A DNA stretch of 64,000 bases from Verrucomicrobiia bacterium (lineage in GTDB: Bacteria > Verrucomicrobiota > Verrucomicrobiia > Limisphaerales > UBA11358), in NCBI GenBank assembly GCA_049280815.1, contig JBAPQW010000053.1, positions 49,413-113,412 on the forward strand, in the 5' to 3' direction. Position numbers and translations under genes: made by a program. Below are positions 53,350 through 62,996 of the stretch, one piece after another. Numbering within the stretch: position 1 is the stretch's first letter; each line of letters opens with the position of its first letter. Below the pieces are notes generated by a model. The model saw only the letters and a program-made list of their open reading frames with translations. It was not told the DNA's origin and searched no databases.

Positions 53350-53405
53350 GGACGATTTCCCCGGCCTGTTCATCCGGTCCCAAGGCCCGTGTGGGGCGGC
53401 ACAAT

Positions 53406-53768
53406 TTAATGGGCAAAAGGATTTGTCAGGATGGGCTTTCCGCAATAAATGCAGAACAAACGTTTGGCCAGATTGATCTTGCCGCAACTGGGACACGTCT
53501 GGGGCGGGGCTTTGACGGCCATGCCATCCACGATGACTTTCCGTTTTTCAATCTCCTCAATCAGGTTGGTCAAAACCTCATCGGCATAGCCATGCTCCTT
53601 CTTCATGAGCATCCACATGGCTTCCGTGATCAGCAGCAGCCGGTCAATGTCATGAGTGAGCAGGTCAACGTTCGTCTGCGCTTCCCGGGCGGCGCTTTCT
53701 GCTGCCGTCGCCGTGGCTGAGGCAAAATTGTCGGAAAAACCGCCGCCGGCCATCGTGGGATAAAACAT
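53406..53768 (-). CDS. zinc-ribbon domain protein
   Basis: 120 aa. C-terminal CPSCGK...(10)...CIYCGK zinc ribbon after a helical N-terminal region. Confidence 0.6.
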   Translation of the reverse strand: MFYPTMAGGGFSDNFASATATAAESAAREAQTNVDLLTHDIDRLLLITEAMWMLMKKEHGYADEVLTNLIEEIEKRKVIVDGMAVKAPPQTCPSCGKINLAKRLFCIYCGKPILTNPFAH

Positions 53769-53950
53769 AGTGTTGGATTTCGTTGTCGTTATGTCAGATG
53801 TTCATCTGAAGCCGACGCCTTTCATCGGCTTTTTGTTTGCTTTCAAATTCTAACCGGCCGGGTGGGATTACTCAATTCCAAGATCAACGGGCAGTTGTAA
53901 TGTGACCGCTGTATTACCGCCGAGTCGCCAGGCACGCCAGGAGGAATACC

Positions 53951-54026
53951 GGAGTTACGGATGAAACGCAGACAAGAACATCCGTGGCTGGAACCTTGGC
54001 GCCCGGTGCGTCTCGGCGGTCAAGCC
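53951..54026. repeat. family A half-element plus B tail
   Basis: ggagttacggatgaaacgcagacaagaacatccgtggctggaaccttggcgcccggtgcgtctcggcggtcaagcc. Confidence 0.65.
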
Positions 54027-54041
54027 CCGGATTGAGTCGGA

Positions 54042-54437
54042 CTACCGGCTTGAGTCGGGTGCCAGGGCGACAGCGTTTTTACGGGTGACGTCGGCGATGA
54101 CAATGTGCATCCATCCCTGATCGCGTTCCTGGATGTAATCAAGATTCCAGTTGTGCCAGCCCCGGCGTCTGGCTTCGGTGGCAGCCACCGTGGAGGCCAC
54201 CTGTTTCACATAAATGACGCGCTGGGTTCCCGGCAAAGGAGAACCTTGACGGACGGTGACTTGAAAATGTGAGTCATCAATATTCTCAATGATGTAGTTG
54301 GGTGAGGCGGGAAGGTTTTGATTGAAATCCTGGTTGAAGGATCGCTCGTGGTGCGTGGCGCAACCGGCGGTCAAGACCAGAAAAGCCACATTTAATGACA
54401 GCAGCCGGAGCGTCCACCGGATTTGATTTGTTTTCAT
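54042..54437 (-). CDS. lipoprotein, unknown function
   Basis: MKTNQIRWTLRLLSLNVAFLVLTAGC lipobox. 131 aa. Confidence 0.7.
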   Translation of the reverse strand: MKTNQIRWTLRLLSLNVAFLVLTAGCATHHERSFNQDFNQNLPASPNYIIENIDDSHFQVTVRQGSPLPGTQRVIYVKQVASTVAATEARRRGWHNWNLDYIQERDQGWMHIVIADVTRKNAVALAPDSSR

Positions 54438-54577
54438 GCGGCAACCTTAACCGATTCTGGCTGGCTGGCTATCAGGTAAACACCGGATGGCACGAGCGGG
54501 GCGTGAAATGCTTTTTACTTTCGGCCGTGGGGTGAAGACCCCATAGGCAGAGCGCGGCGCGGTGCTATGCTGCTCGC

Positions 54578-54736
54578 ATGAACCTATTATTACTCCTGGT
54601 TGTTCTCCTGCTCCTGTTCGGCGGCGGCGGGTTTTACATCGGCGGTCCAGTCATCGGTGGCAGCGGGCTTGGCCTGATATTGATCATCTGTCTGATCATC
54701 TACGGCATGGGCGGATTCCGCACGAAGAGCCCATAG
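54578..54736 (+). CDS. possible 52-aa Gly-rich membrane peptide (DUF3309-like)
   Basis: Not in the ORF track. MNLLLLLVVLLLLFGGGGFYIGGPVIGGSGLGLILIICLIIYGMGGFRTKSP*. Two hydrophobic helices. Confidence 0.45.
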   Translation: MNLLLLLVVLLLLFGGGGFYIGGPVIGGSGLGLILIICLIIYGMGGFRTKSP

Positions 54737-55319
54737 GCGGCGCACCGGCTGGATCCCATATCTGGATAACTCCTGCAACATTGGTGTGGCGCGCATCGCC
54801 CCACGGCTTCGCGACTCCCGCTGGCCGTTTGTCCGTGCCGGACAAGATAATTGTTGATGCACTTCAGGAGCACCGCTTTGTCCACCTTCAGGCATTTCCG
54901 ACCATCTATGGTAACCGGCATCATAAATAAAAATCCCGGGCTGATGACCGGCGGCACCATGGCAAGATGGATTGCGCCAGTGACCCGCCCCATGAAAGAA
55001 GTTTTAACCAAAACCTGCCGAAACCAAAGGAATCAGGGACACATCGCGGGTTTGCGGGGGTTGCTTCCGTGGAGGGGTGGAATTCCATGGTTTTCCAAAA
55101 TGTCACCTGCTTGTTTCCGATCCGCCTTTGACGAAAGGCCGGATCAGTGGTCTGATGCCATCGTCAATAACAAGAGACTGCGTTCAAAGCCCACAGGCGC
55201 TGGTACCGCTTCACCAGCGCCTTCTCTTATTTGCCTTCCAGCGCCGGGAGGCGTGCCGGGTTTTGATGTGCGGCCTCCGAAGCCCTGGCGTCCGCGGCCC
55301 CAGCCAATCAAGCCCCGAC

Positions 55320-56093
55320 TTATTCTCCCAGCAATTGTTTCAGCCTGGGCTCGGTGGCGTTCGCCCAGATCCGGTAGCCGGCTTCGTTGGGATGCAGATA
55401 ATCGGGCATGATGGATTTGGATATGGAACCGTCGTTCTCGATGAACAGCGGACCGAGGTCGAGGTAGAAAATGTGGTTGCCATCGTCGAGCCGGGCGAGC
55501 GCCTGGTTGACCTGGAGAATCTTGCCGCGCTGCGGGCTGAAGGTTTTGCCCCGCGGGAAAATGCCCAGCAGCAGAATCTTCGTGTCCGGCTGCCGCGTGC
55601 GGATTTGTTGCACGATGGCGGTGACGCCTTCGAGAATTTCAGCCTCGGAGTTGTCCTGGTTGTTGGAATTGTTGGTGCCGATCATGACAACGGCGACTTT
55701 TGCCTTGATGCCGTCAAGCTGGCCGTGTTCGAAGCGCCAGAGGACGTGCTGGGTACGGTCGCCGCTGACGCCAAAGTTGATGACCTTGCGTTTGCCGTAA
55801 AATTCCTGCCACACCTTCAAGCCCCGGCCTTCCCAACCCTGGGTGATGGAATCACCGATGAATTCAATGGCGTAGTCGCCGGGCGCATCCTTGGCGCGTT
55901 GCAGGACGAGAGTTTGGCGGTTGGTGATGCCGCCGGTCCGCGGCACGGGAAGGGTGGCGGTGTTTGGGTGGATTTCCGGCGCGGCATTGGTTGTGATGAC
56001 GGCGGGAGCATTGGTTTGCGCGACCAGCGTCAGCGGCCAGGCCAGCACCACCGCTGTGAGGCCGAGCGCGAGGTTCAGTCTTAGGGATTTCAT
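55320..56093 (-). CDS. secreted SGNH/GDSL-family esterase
   Basis: ATG at 56093 (MKSLRLNLALGLTAVVLAWPLTLVAQ). Block I FIGDSITQGW, block III GTNN, block V DYLHPN. Confidence 0.88.
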   Translation of the reverse strand: MKSLRLNLALGLTAVVLAWPLTLVAQTNAPAVITTNAAPEIHPNTATLPVPRTGGITNRQTLVLQRAKDAPGDYAIEFIGDSITQGWEGRGLKVWQEFYGKRKVINFGVSGDRTQHVLWRFEHGQLDGIKAKVAVVMIGTNNSNNQDNSEAEILEGVTAIVQQIRTRQPDTKILLLGIFPRGKTFSPQRGKILQVNQALARLDDGNHIFYLDLGPLFIENDGSISKSIMPDYLHPNEAGYRIWANATEPRLKQLLGE

Positions 56094-56372
56094 TCGCAGA
56101 AAAATGGCGATTGCGGCTTGCGGCGTCAACCCTTGCGTCGGAGCCGTCACCTCATGTTGCGCCGTCCCGCGTCAATGAGGCGGGTCGCGTCATGGGATTA
56201 AACCCTCGAATTGAATTGGTTTGCGGCTGCCACCGGGCTTGGCCCCGGCGCGGAGGCTCGTGTTCTCTACGTAGAACACCCCATAGCGTCCGCGCGGCTT
56301 AACCGTCTACCATTGAGCGTGGTTTGCAACCAGCAATCTGCGAAGAACGTTCGGTCTGGCGATTCATCGGGG

Positions 56373-56495
56373 ATGATCGCCAGGCTGTGGGCGATTATCA
56401 AAGTCTGGATGCCCCAGGGTTATCAGGATGAAACTGGTTTTCATTACGGACAAAATCGACGTCATCATTTTCCGAGCCACCGAAGGAGAACATAA
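56373..56495 (+). CDS. possible 40-aa peptide with PxGYxDExGFHxG motif
   Basis: MIARLWAIIKVWMPQGYQDETGFHYGQNRRHHFPSHRRRT*. From memory, the motif recurs in small PVC-group ORFs. Sits in an otherwise empty 690-bp gap. Confidence 0.3.
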   Translation: MIARLWAIIKVWMPQGYQDETGFHYGQNRRHHFPSHRRRT

Positions 56496-56838
56496 CCGGT
56501 TCGTTAGCATCTTGAGTGCAGACGTCTGCTAGCCAGCCATGACGGCTTCCGGGCGGTTCCATTTTGACCCGGCGCTGGATACGGCGGTGTTCTTATCCTG
56601 TTCCGCGTTCATGGAAGATAAGTTTCGCGCTCACCGACTCCTGCCTTTAAACCCAGTTCTTGACGTCTGGCGCGACCCGGCCAATGCGATGCCGGCCGCA
56701 TTTTGGCGGAATCCTTGAATCCTTGGGCGGGGTTGCCGTCCATGGACGTTACTCAATACCTCGACTGTAAGTTTTTGGCGGGTGGCGCGACCCATAGTAT
56801 GTTGGACAGGAACATTGCGGGCGCGGAGAAATGAGTTT

Positions 56839-57471
56839 ATGAAAAGCATGAAATCGGCCGGACTTGTCGGTGTTGCCGCCGCCGGACTGCTCATGGCGGG
56901 GACGTTGCTGTGGCGCGTTGCCGGCAGCGAGGCGACGAACGAGATTTTGCATTATCAGCCAACGAACATGACAAATTTCAAAAAACCGGAGGCGGCAGAG
57001 TTGAAAAAGACGCTGACCCGCGAACAGTTCGCGGTCACGCAGCAGGCGGCCACGGAGCCGGCTTTCGCCAACGAGTATTGGGACAACCATAAACCGGGCA
57101 TTTACGTGGACGTGGTGTCGGGCGAACCGCTGTTCAGCTCGCTGGACAAATTTGACTCGGGCTGCGGCTGGCCGAGCTTCTCGAAGCCGGTGGCCGAGGC
57201 GAAAATCGTGGAACACAAGGACACTTCCTTCTTCATGGAGCGGACGGAAGTGCGTTCCAAAACGGCTGATTCGCATCTGGGTCATGTTTTTGACGATGGC
57301 CCCGGGCCGACGCATTTGCGTTATTGCATTAACTCGGCGTCATTGAGATTTATCCCGGTGGAAAAAATGGCCGCGGCGGGTTACGGTGCGGAGCTGGCCC
57401 CGTTCATCAAGGCCGGCCTTTACCAACCCATGGACGCCGCCTCGCCAACGAACACCCCGCCCAAGCCTTAA
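56839..57471 (+). CDS. msrB: peptide-methionine (R)-S-oxide reductase, exported form
   Basis: ATG at 56839 with signal-like [80 protein letters not shown]. Confidence 0.92.
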   Translation: MKSMKSAGLVGVAAAGLLMAGTLLWRVAGSEATNEILHYQPTNMTNFKKPEAAELKKTLTREQFAVTQQAATEPAFANEYWDNHKPGIYVDVVSGEPLFSSLDKFDSGCGWPSFSKPVAEAKIVEHKDTSFFMERTEVRSKTADSHLGHVFDDGPGPTHLRYCINSASLRFIPVEKMAAAGYGAELAPFIKAGLYQPMDAASPTNTPPKP

Positions 57472-57645
57472 ATCTGCCCGTCCCCGGTTGCCGGCGCCCG
57501 CCGCCTGACTCAAATTCTTCTCGACACGAAAGCGAGGCCCGAACATGTTTTTCACCGCAATAAAATTCATGCCGCCCTTTTACAGCTCAATCAACGGCTG
57601 CTCCGCCGCGGCTGCGGGCAGGTTTGTGCTTCGCCGCGCGATTTG

Positions 57646-58383
57646 ATGTCCACGCCCCTTAACCGCAAGACGGCCGGGATTGCGGTTTTCACCGAGAGGT
57701 ACGTGTTGTCGCTGGTCTATTTGTATCTGGCCTGGGATGAATTTCAGAAACCGTGGCTTGGCTGGAACGGGCCACCCGCCACCGAAGGCGCCGTGGTGGT
57801 CCAAACCAGCCGACACCTCACCCAGGTGCTGCTGTTCTTTTTCACGGCGTTGCTGCTGCTGCTGGCGCGCCGTGCCGCCGTGCCGCCGCGAACACTCAAA
57901 GGCATTCTCATCCCTTTGGCCACGACTTTCTTCACCCTCACATACAGCACGATTCACCGGCTGCCGCCCGCGCTGCAAAAAAATCTTTGCCCGGCCGAAT
58001 TGCAAATGCCCTCGATCATTGCCGCCATTGTGCTCATTGTTATTGGGCCGGCGATTGCGTTGTGGGGAATCCTGTACCTGGGACGTTCCTTTGGCATTTT
58101 TGTCGAGGTGCGCAAGGTGGTTCTGGGCGGGCCTTATCGATGGGTGCGGCACCCGATGTATCTGGGTTGGATTTGCCTGTGTGCCGGCAACGCCCTCGGA
58201 TTCTTTTCGGCGGCTTACTTCATTTTGGTCACCCTTCACATACTCCTGTTGCGATACCGGGCGCGACTGGAGGAAGCGGAACTTTCCGGTTACAGCGCGG
58301 AATATCGGGAATACCGGAAGCGCACCGGTTTCATTTTCCCAAGGTTGTGCCGCCTGGCCGGCGATTCGGCAGAAGCGGGGTAA
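57646..58383 (+). CDS. ICMT/PEMT-like membrane methyltransferase (second copy in window)
   Basis: ATG at 57646. GPYRWVRHPMYLGWICLCAGNALG and RARLEEAELSGYSAEYREYRKRTGFIFP. Confidence 0.85.
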   Translation: MSTPLNRKTAGIAVFTERYVLSLVYLYLAWDEFQKPWLGWNGPPATEGAVVVQTSRHLTQVLLFFFTALLLLLARRAAVPPRTLKGILIPLATTFFTLTYSTIHRLPPALQKNLCPAELQMPSIIAAIVLIVIGPAIALWGILYLGRSFGIFVEVRKVVLGGPYRWVRHPMYLGWICLCAGNALGFFSAAYFILVTLHILLLRYRARLEEAELSGYSAEYREYRKRTGFIFPRLCRLAGDSAEAG

Positions 58384-58819
58384 AGGGAATTGTCGGCTGG
58401 AGCCGGGTCGCGCCGTCGCCGGGTTGGACAGTGCAGCGCCTCCGAACGCGAGCCGGGTTAAACATCGCCCGCGATTTGCGGACAAACGCCGGCTCCATCC
58501 AGCGGGCGCCACGCCCGGGACCCGGGTTGCATACTCGCGACGGAACAAATCCACCCATCGCCCTTCCCGTCGCGGGAGGCCATGCACTTTTAGCCGTCGC
58601 CTTGGATTTGTACCGGTACCCCCATGACCGGCAAGGGTCCATGGCAGGTTTTGGCCAACCCCGGAGCATTGTCGTTGATCAGGTCAACCTCGAGCGGAAT
58701 CGGCTGGAGCCCCCAATATATCTCGGCATATATTTTCCAAAGGATGTGTGGACTTGGGTGGAAATAGATGCTTTTATGGACGGAGCATCAATTAATAGCC
58801 AGTTCCGGCGGGGAACATC

Positions 58820-59069
58820 CATGAACAGTTCGAAGCAAAAATATTCCATCTACCGCGACAATGATTTGATCGCCTCGGATTTGCTGTCCTTGCCCTCGAT
58901 CATGAAATTCGTGAGGAACGATGCGCTCAAGGAACACTCCCAGGGTCGCCCGGCCTGCTACTTGATTACCGGTTCGCTGGGCTTCAAACGCACGGGCAGT
59001 CATTTGAAAGGCCGGGTGGTTTGGGACGGTGAATATTCAAATCCGAGCATGATTCAACCCCGGTCCTAA
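58820..59069 (+). CDS. hypothetical small protein
   Basis: ATG at 58820: MNSSKQKYSIYRDNDLIASDLLSLPSIMKFVRNDALKEHSQGRPACYLITGSLGFKRTGSHLKGRVVWDGEYSNPSMIQPRS. Local GC is lower than the surroundings. The upstream part of ORF 57753-59069 is an alternate frame of the ICMT gene. Confidence 0.35.
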
Positions 59070-59254
59070 CGGCATTGAGGAGCCAACGCCCTAACCGCGC
59101 GCCGGGCGCGGTGCCCCCGCCGGTGGAAATAAAGCTTGCGTTAATCCGAGTCTTGAGGAAAGTTAATAACACAAGCAAGACCGATTAAAGTTCAGGCATA
59201 GTTGGGCGTTTCGCGGAAGTTCTCCTTCAGTCTTTGGACGCGGAGTTTTTATTT

Positions 59255-59869
59255 ATGATCATGTTCCTTTTTTGGTGTGCGATCGGGGTGGTGGCCGGAG
59301 TCCTGTTTGGTTCATTCTTTGAATGGACCCTGCACCGTTATGTCATGCACAAACCCGTCGGTTGGTTTCGCTTTCCGTTTGAAAGGCATGCGCTGGTGCA
59401 CCACCGGATTTTCAAGGCGGACCACACCTATCACCTCGTGGATGAGCGGGACAAGAAGACCATTCCCATGGCGTGGTGGAGCGGGCCGGCCATCGTGGCC
59501 GCCTGCCAGCTGCCGTTTTTGGTCTGGGCGCTGTTCTCGCACAAGTGGGGGATCTTGTGCGGCGCCGCGGTGGCCTGCACCCTGTATTTCACGGCGTATG
59601 AATACATGCATTGGTGCATGCATCTGCCGAAGCGAAGGCACGTGGAACGTTCGGGCATCTTCTTCCGTTTGAACGGACACCACCTGTTGCATCATCGTTA
59701 CATGGGCAAAAACTTCAACGTGGTTTTGCCGCTCGCCGATTTGTGCTGCTTTACCCTGCTGTTGCGTTCGCGCGTCGCCTTCGCCCAGGCGCAAGGGCCT
59801 TCCGTGCCGAATGTGCAGCCCGCCAGGCTCAAGGCGCTCAAGGTTCCGGCCCTGTCAGCCGCAAAATAA
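59255..59869 (+). CDS. fatty-acid-hydroxylase/sterol-desaturase-superfamily membrane protein, paralog 1
   Basis: His boxes HRYVMH, HALVHH, HWCMH, HHLLHH. About 204 aa, 3-4 TM. Confidence 0.8.
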   Translation: MIMFLFWCAIGVVAGVLFGSFFEWTLHRYVMHKPVGWFRFPFERHALVHHRIFKADHTYHLVDERDKKTIPMAWWSGPAIVAACQLPFLVWALFSHKWGILCGAAVACTLYFTAYEYMHWCMHLPKRRHVERSGIFFRLNGHHLLHHRYMGKNFNVVLPLADLCCFTLLLRSRVAFAQAQGPSVPNVQPARLKALKVPALSAAK

Positions 59870-59961
59870 GCTTGAGCCGGCCGGAGGCGTTTCGTTTTCA
59901 ACCCGCCGGGGCACGGGCCACCGGCCTTTGGTCCGGGCAACATCCCCGGCGACCCGGTTGA

Positions 59962-60558
59962 TCAAGCCTGCTTGGAGTCCTGACTTTGAATCAACAGGGC
60001 GGAGATGACCCGCCGCACCTGCATGGAGGATAATATGCCTTTGAGCGTGGACGTAAATCCCTCCTCGTTTAAACACTGCCTTTGCACCTGGGTGGTGCGG
60101 TCGGTCAAGGTCAGCGGATAAATGGTGATGGAGTACTGCACCGTGAGAATCGCAAATTTATGATTGTTGATGGCGGGAGCGGTGATGGCGAAACTGTAGG
60201 ACAGGGTGTTGTTGACCGTTGGCTCCGGCTCGATCGAGCCGATGAGGACGCCCTTGGTGAGCTGGTTTAAAACCAAAGCCTGCTCGCGCAAAATCGAGGT
60301 TGGCGTTCTTTGATTGACGGGGTCATTGATTTCGCCCCACATGTTTTCGGCGCTCATAAAATGTTCCGGCCTCATCATACCCTTGCGACCCATGACAGCA
60401 AACAAATTGGCAGGCAGTTTTTTGACATTCTGCAAAAATGTGATTGAAAACCGGTTTCGCAGGACAGCTTCATGCTCCGGGATAAATCTGCCCGGCGGCC
60501 TGGAAGGAGTGGAGGGGTCGTCGGTCTTTAGGAGATTTCCTGCTGCCACCTTGGGCAA
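59962..60558 (-). CDS. hypothetical protein
   Basis: 198-aa ORF with TTG start; alternative ATG at 60393 gives 143 aa. GC somewhat below neighbours. No family recognised. Confidence 0.5.
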   Translation of the reverse strand: MPKVAAGNLLKTDDPSTPSRPPGRFIPEHEAVLRNRFSITFLQNVKKLPANLFAVMGRKGMMRPEHFMSAENMWGEINDPVNQRTPTSILREQALVLNQLTKGVLIGSIEPEPTVNNTLSYSFAITAPAINNHKFAILTVQYSITIYPLTLTDRTTQVQRQCLNEEGFTSTLKGILSSMQVRRVISALLIQSQDSKQA

Positions 60559-60629
60559 TATCCGTACGGATCGATGACCGCTCGGGGTTTTTTGTCGAAA
60601 TCCGGCCGGTGAACGGTTAGTTTTGATTC

Positions 60630-60995
60630 ATGTTTCTGGTCGCATTGAACAAGCCAAGACAGCTGCTTCACCTGAGCTATATCCAGCACGTGACGCCGGA
60701 GGAGCTTCGGCGCGGTTATGAGGATGCCAGCGCCATGACGGCGGATCTGGCGCCTGGCTTTCGCCTGCTGGCGGATTTCGGTCGATTGGAGTCCATGGAC
60801 CTTGCCTGTCGGACGGAACTGGGACGACTGATGGAATTGGCCGACCAGAGCGGCGTGGGCCTGCTCGTGCGCGTGATACCCGATCCGAGCAAGGACATCG
60901 GGCTGGATATTCTCGCCCTCTTCCATTACCGGAACCGCCCCCGCGCGGTCACCTGCAAGGACATGGTTGAGGCGGCCAAAAAACTTTCGCTCTGA
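60630..60995 (+). CDS. STAS/SpoIIAA-like small protein (tentative)
   Basis: 121 aa. Pattern ..LLHLSYIQHVTPEEL......A....L.PGFRLLADFGRLESMD......L..LM.L....G...LVRVI.. resembles STAS-like domains. Assignment by eye only. Confidence 0.55.
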   Translation: MFLVALNKPRQLLHLSYIQHVTPEELRRGYEDASAMTADLAPGFRLLADFGRLESMDLACRTELGRLMELADQSGVGLLVRVIPDPSKDIGLDILALFHYRNRPRAVTCKDMVEAAKKLSL

Positions 60996-61039
60996 ACCGG
61001 GCTGGACCCGGTTTACCACACCGCAATCGACCTGCCGGC

Positions 61040-61708
61040 TCAGGCGGCCGGCACGGTTTGCGGGCGCGGGGTCCGGGGCTGGACGTTGGGGACGGACGGG
61101 CCGACGGCCTGGGGAAAATGGATTTTGGAGCGCAACAGGAGCGTGCCCAGGCACAAATCGGCCAGCGGGAGGACGACGTTATAGTTTCTGCTCATGTAAC
61201 GATGGTGGAGCAGGTGATGGCCATTGAGCCGGAAAAAAATCCCCGAACGTTCGACATTTCGTTTGCGCGGCAGGTGCATGCACCAATGCATATATTCATA
61301 GGCCCCATAGTAAGCCGCACTGGCGAGCGCGGCGCCGCAGAGGATCCCCCATTTGCCGGAAAGCAGGGCCACCAGCAGGAAAGGCAGCAAACCGACGGCT
61401 ATCAACACCGGCCCGTTCCACCACGCCATGGGAATGGTGAACTTGTCTTTTTCATCGATGAGATGGTAGGTATGGTCGGATTTAAAAATGCGGTGATGGA
61501 CCAGCGCGTGGCTCTCATACGGATAGGTGAATTTTCCGAGCGGCCGGTGCATGACGTAGCGATGCAATGTCCACTCAAAAAACGAGTCGTAAACGACACC
61601 GATGACAAAACCCATGGCTGTCCAAAATAAAAATAAAGACATCAGGTTGTAATGAGGTTGTTCGTACGCCGCAAAATCTGCCGGTGGCGGGGGTTTTTGG
61701 CAAGTCAT
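61040..61708 (-). CDS. fatty-acid-hydroxylase-superfamily membrane protein, paralog 2
   Basis: Same His boxes (HRYVMH, HALVHH, HWCMH, HHLLHH). Roughly 70% aa identity to 59255-59869 by eye. ATG at 61708, or 61642 by analogy with paralog 1. Confidence 0.8.
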   Translation of the reverse strand: MTCQKPPPPADFAAYEQPHYNLMSLFLFWTAMGFVIGVVYDSFFEWTLHRYVMHRPLGKFTYPYESHALVHHRIFKSDHTYHLIDEKDKFTIPMAWWNGPVLIAVGLLPFLLVALLSGKWGILCGAALASAAYYGAYEYMHWCMHLPRKRNVERSGIFFRLNGHHLLHHRYMSRNYNVVLPLADLCLGTLLLRSKIHFPQAVGPSVPNVQPRTPRPQTVPAA

Positions 61709-61845
61709 TCCGCGTGATTCCTGCCTGCCCGCAGCCGGTCGCGGCACCAGGTCAATTGCGGGGTTTTGTTTTTTAAAACCGCGGCTCTATTTCGTTCCAT
61801 TCTCTGCCTCGACAAACCACGGGTCGGGCGTAGGCTGTTCCCAGG

Positions 61846-62928
61846 ATGAAAGGCGAGGTGGTTTATCTTTACGCGTTCGATGTGGCAAATGAAATTATCA
61901 CGCCGCGCGTGCAGGAAATCCTGTCGGAAAAGCCGTTCCCATTCGAAATCCGGATGGATCGCACCCTGCCGAAGGACATGCCGCTCTACAAACCGCTCGC
62001 CATCGAACCGCACCCGCTGCCCGCCCAACTGCACGGCGCACCCGTCCGATTGCTGATTCGCATTTATGATGTGGGCGTGGTCACGGTGATGCTGCGCGTG
62101 GCGTTTGCGGCGGGCGCGCTCGCCGACCTGATGCCGTTTCACAATCCAAAGCTGGAGAACGGGCAGATGCTGGACGCGGTGGCCTTGAAACTGTGCGCCG
62201 AGGTTTGCGACAGTCTCAAGGATTTGATGGTGGGACGCACGGAGTTTCCGCCGCCGCCGGAGGCCTACACGGTGTTTTGCCTCACTGACCTGGCCGGAGT
62301 GAATGACGCAAACCGCTGGCTGGGCGACCAGCGGCGCGAGGTGGCGGGCCTGCTTACGGAGACGGCGGCGAGCCAGTTGAGCGAGGCCCAGGTGGGCGAG
62401 GTGTTGCGCATTCAGCGCTCGTTTGAAAACACGGACCTGGCGGTGATTGACTGGGACGCGGCGCTGGTAGTGGACCTGACGGGCTACGTGGACGACGTGT
62501 TATATGCGCTGGAACTGGCGAACCTGCAACTCGAGGAGTTTCGGGTGATGGACCGCCGCCTCGACACGTATCTCGACCGCGCCTATGACGACCTGGAACG
62601 GCGGCGGCTGCCGCTGTTTGGCGGAGCAACCAAGACCCTGCGCCATTTGCGCCGTTTCCGGGTGGACGTGGCGAAGCTCACCGACGAGGTCACGCATATC
62701 ACCAAATTTTTTGGTGACTGGCATCTCGCCCGTGTTTATCTCGGCGCGCGCGACCGTTTCTATCTTGATCAATGGCGTGCCAGCGTGGAACAACGCCTTG
62801 CCCAACTCGACAAGCTTTACAGTGTGTTTCACGCCGAGGTGAACGAGCAAAGGATGTTGTGGCTGGAGGCCATCATCGTGATCTTCTTCGCCATCGATCT
62901 GCTGATTCTGTTGTTCATCAGGCGATGA
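61846..62928 (+). CDS. DUF155/RMD1-like protein with C-terminal TM helix
   Basis: 360 aa. VVYLYAFDVANEI..., central ..VIDWDAALVVD.., coiled C-terminal region, and terminal LWLEAIIVIFFAIDLLILLFI TM, as in the RMD1/YagE family. Confidence 0.65.
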   Translation: MKGEVVYLYAFDVANEIITPRVQEILSEKPFPFEIRMDRTLPKDMPLYKPLAIEPHPLPAQLHGAPVRLLIRIYDVGVVTVMLRVAFAAGALADLMPFHNPKLENGQMLDAVALKLCAEVCDSLKDLMVGRTEFPPPPEAYTVFCLTDLAGVNDANRWLGDQRREVAGLLTETAASQLSEAQVGEVLRIQRSFENTDLAVIDWDAALVVDLTGYVDDVLYALELANLQLEEFRVMDRRLDTYLDRAYDDLERRRLPLFGGATKTLRHLRRFRVDVAKLTDEVTHITKFFGDWHLARVYLGARDRFYLDQWRASVEQRLAQLDKLYSVFHAEVNEQRMLWLEAIIVIFFAIDLLILLFIRR

Positions 62929-62996
62929 CGCGGCGGCCGGCGCGTGGCTTTGGCATGGCCTGCCGGGTCCGTCCGTGGTTAAACTTCCCGGGTTGT

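Noticed and set aside
51017-53496. ORFs 51017-52141 (+) and 52453-53496 (-)
   Set aside because: They are antisense to the halogenase-family and TauE genes respectively.
54700-55411. ORFs 54700-55011 (-), 54562-54930 (+) and 54851-55411 (+) in the gap before the GDSL gene
   Set aside because: They are mutually overlapping with no motifs, no signal peptides and no consistent start or terminator logic. The hairpin at about 55197-55222 with a weak T-run is not enough to support a gene.
55077-56084. 335-aa ORF on the + strand
   Set aside because: It is antisense to the GDSL esterase gene, which shows blocks I/III/V.
57580-59069. ORFs 57580-58587 (-), 57680-58627 (+), and the first ~1 kb of 57753-59069 (+)
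   Set aside because: They are alternate frames of the ICMT-like gene. Only the last ~250 nt of 57753-59069 (from ATG 58820) lie outside it and are kept as a low-confidence CDS.
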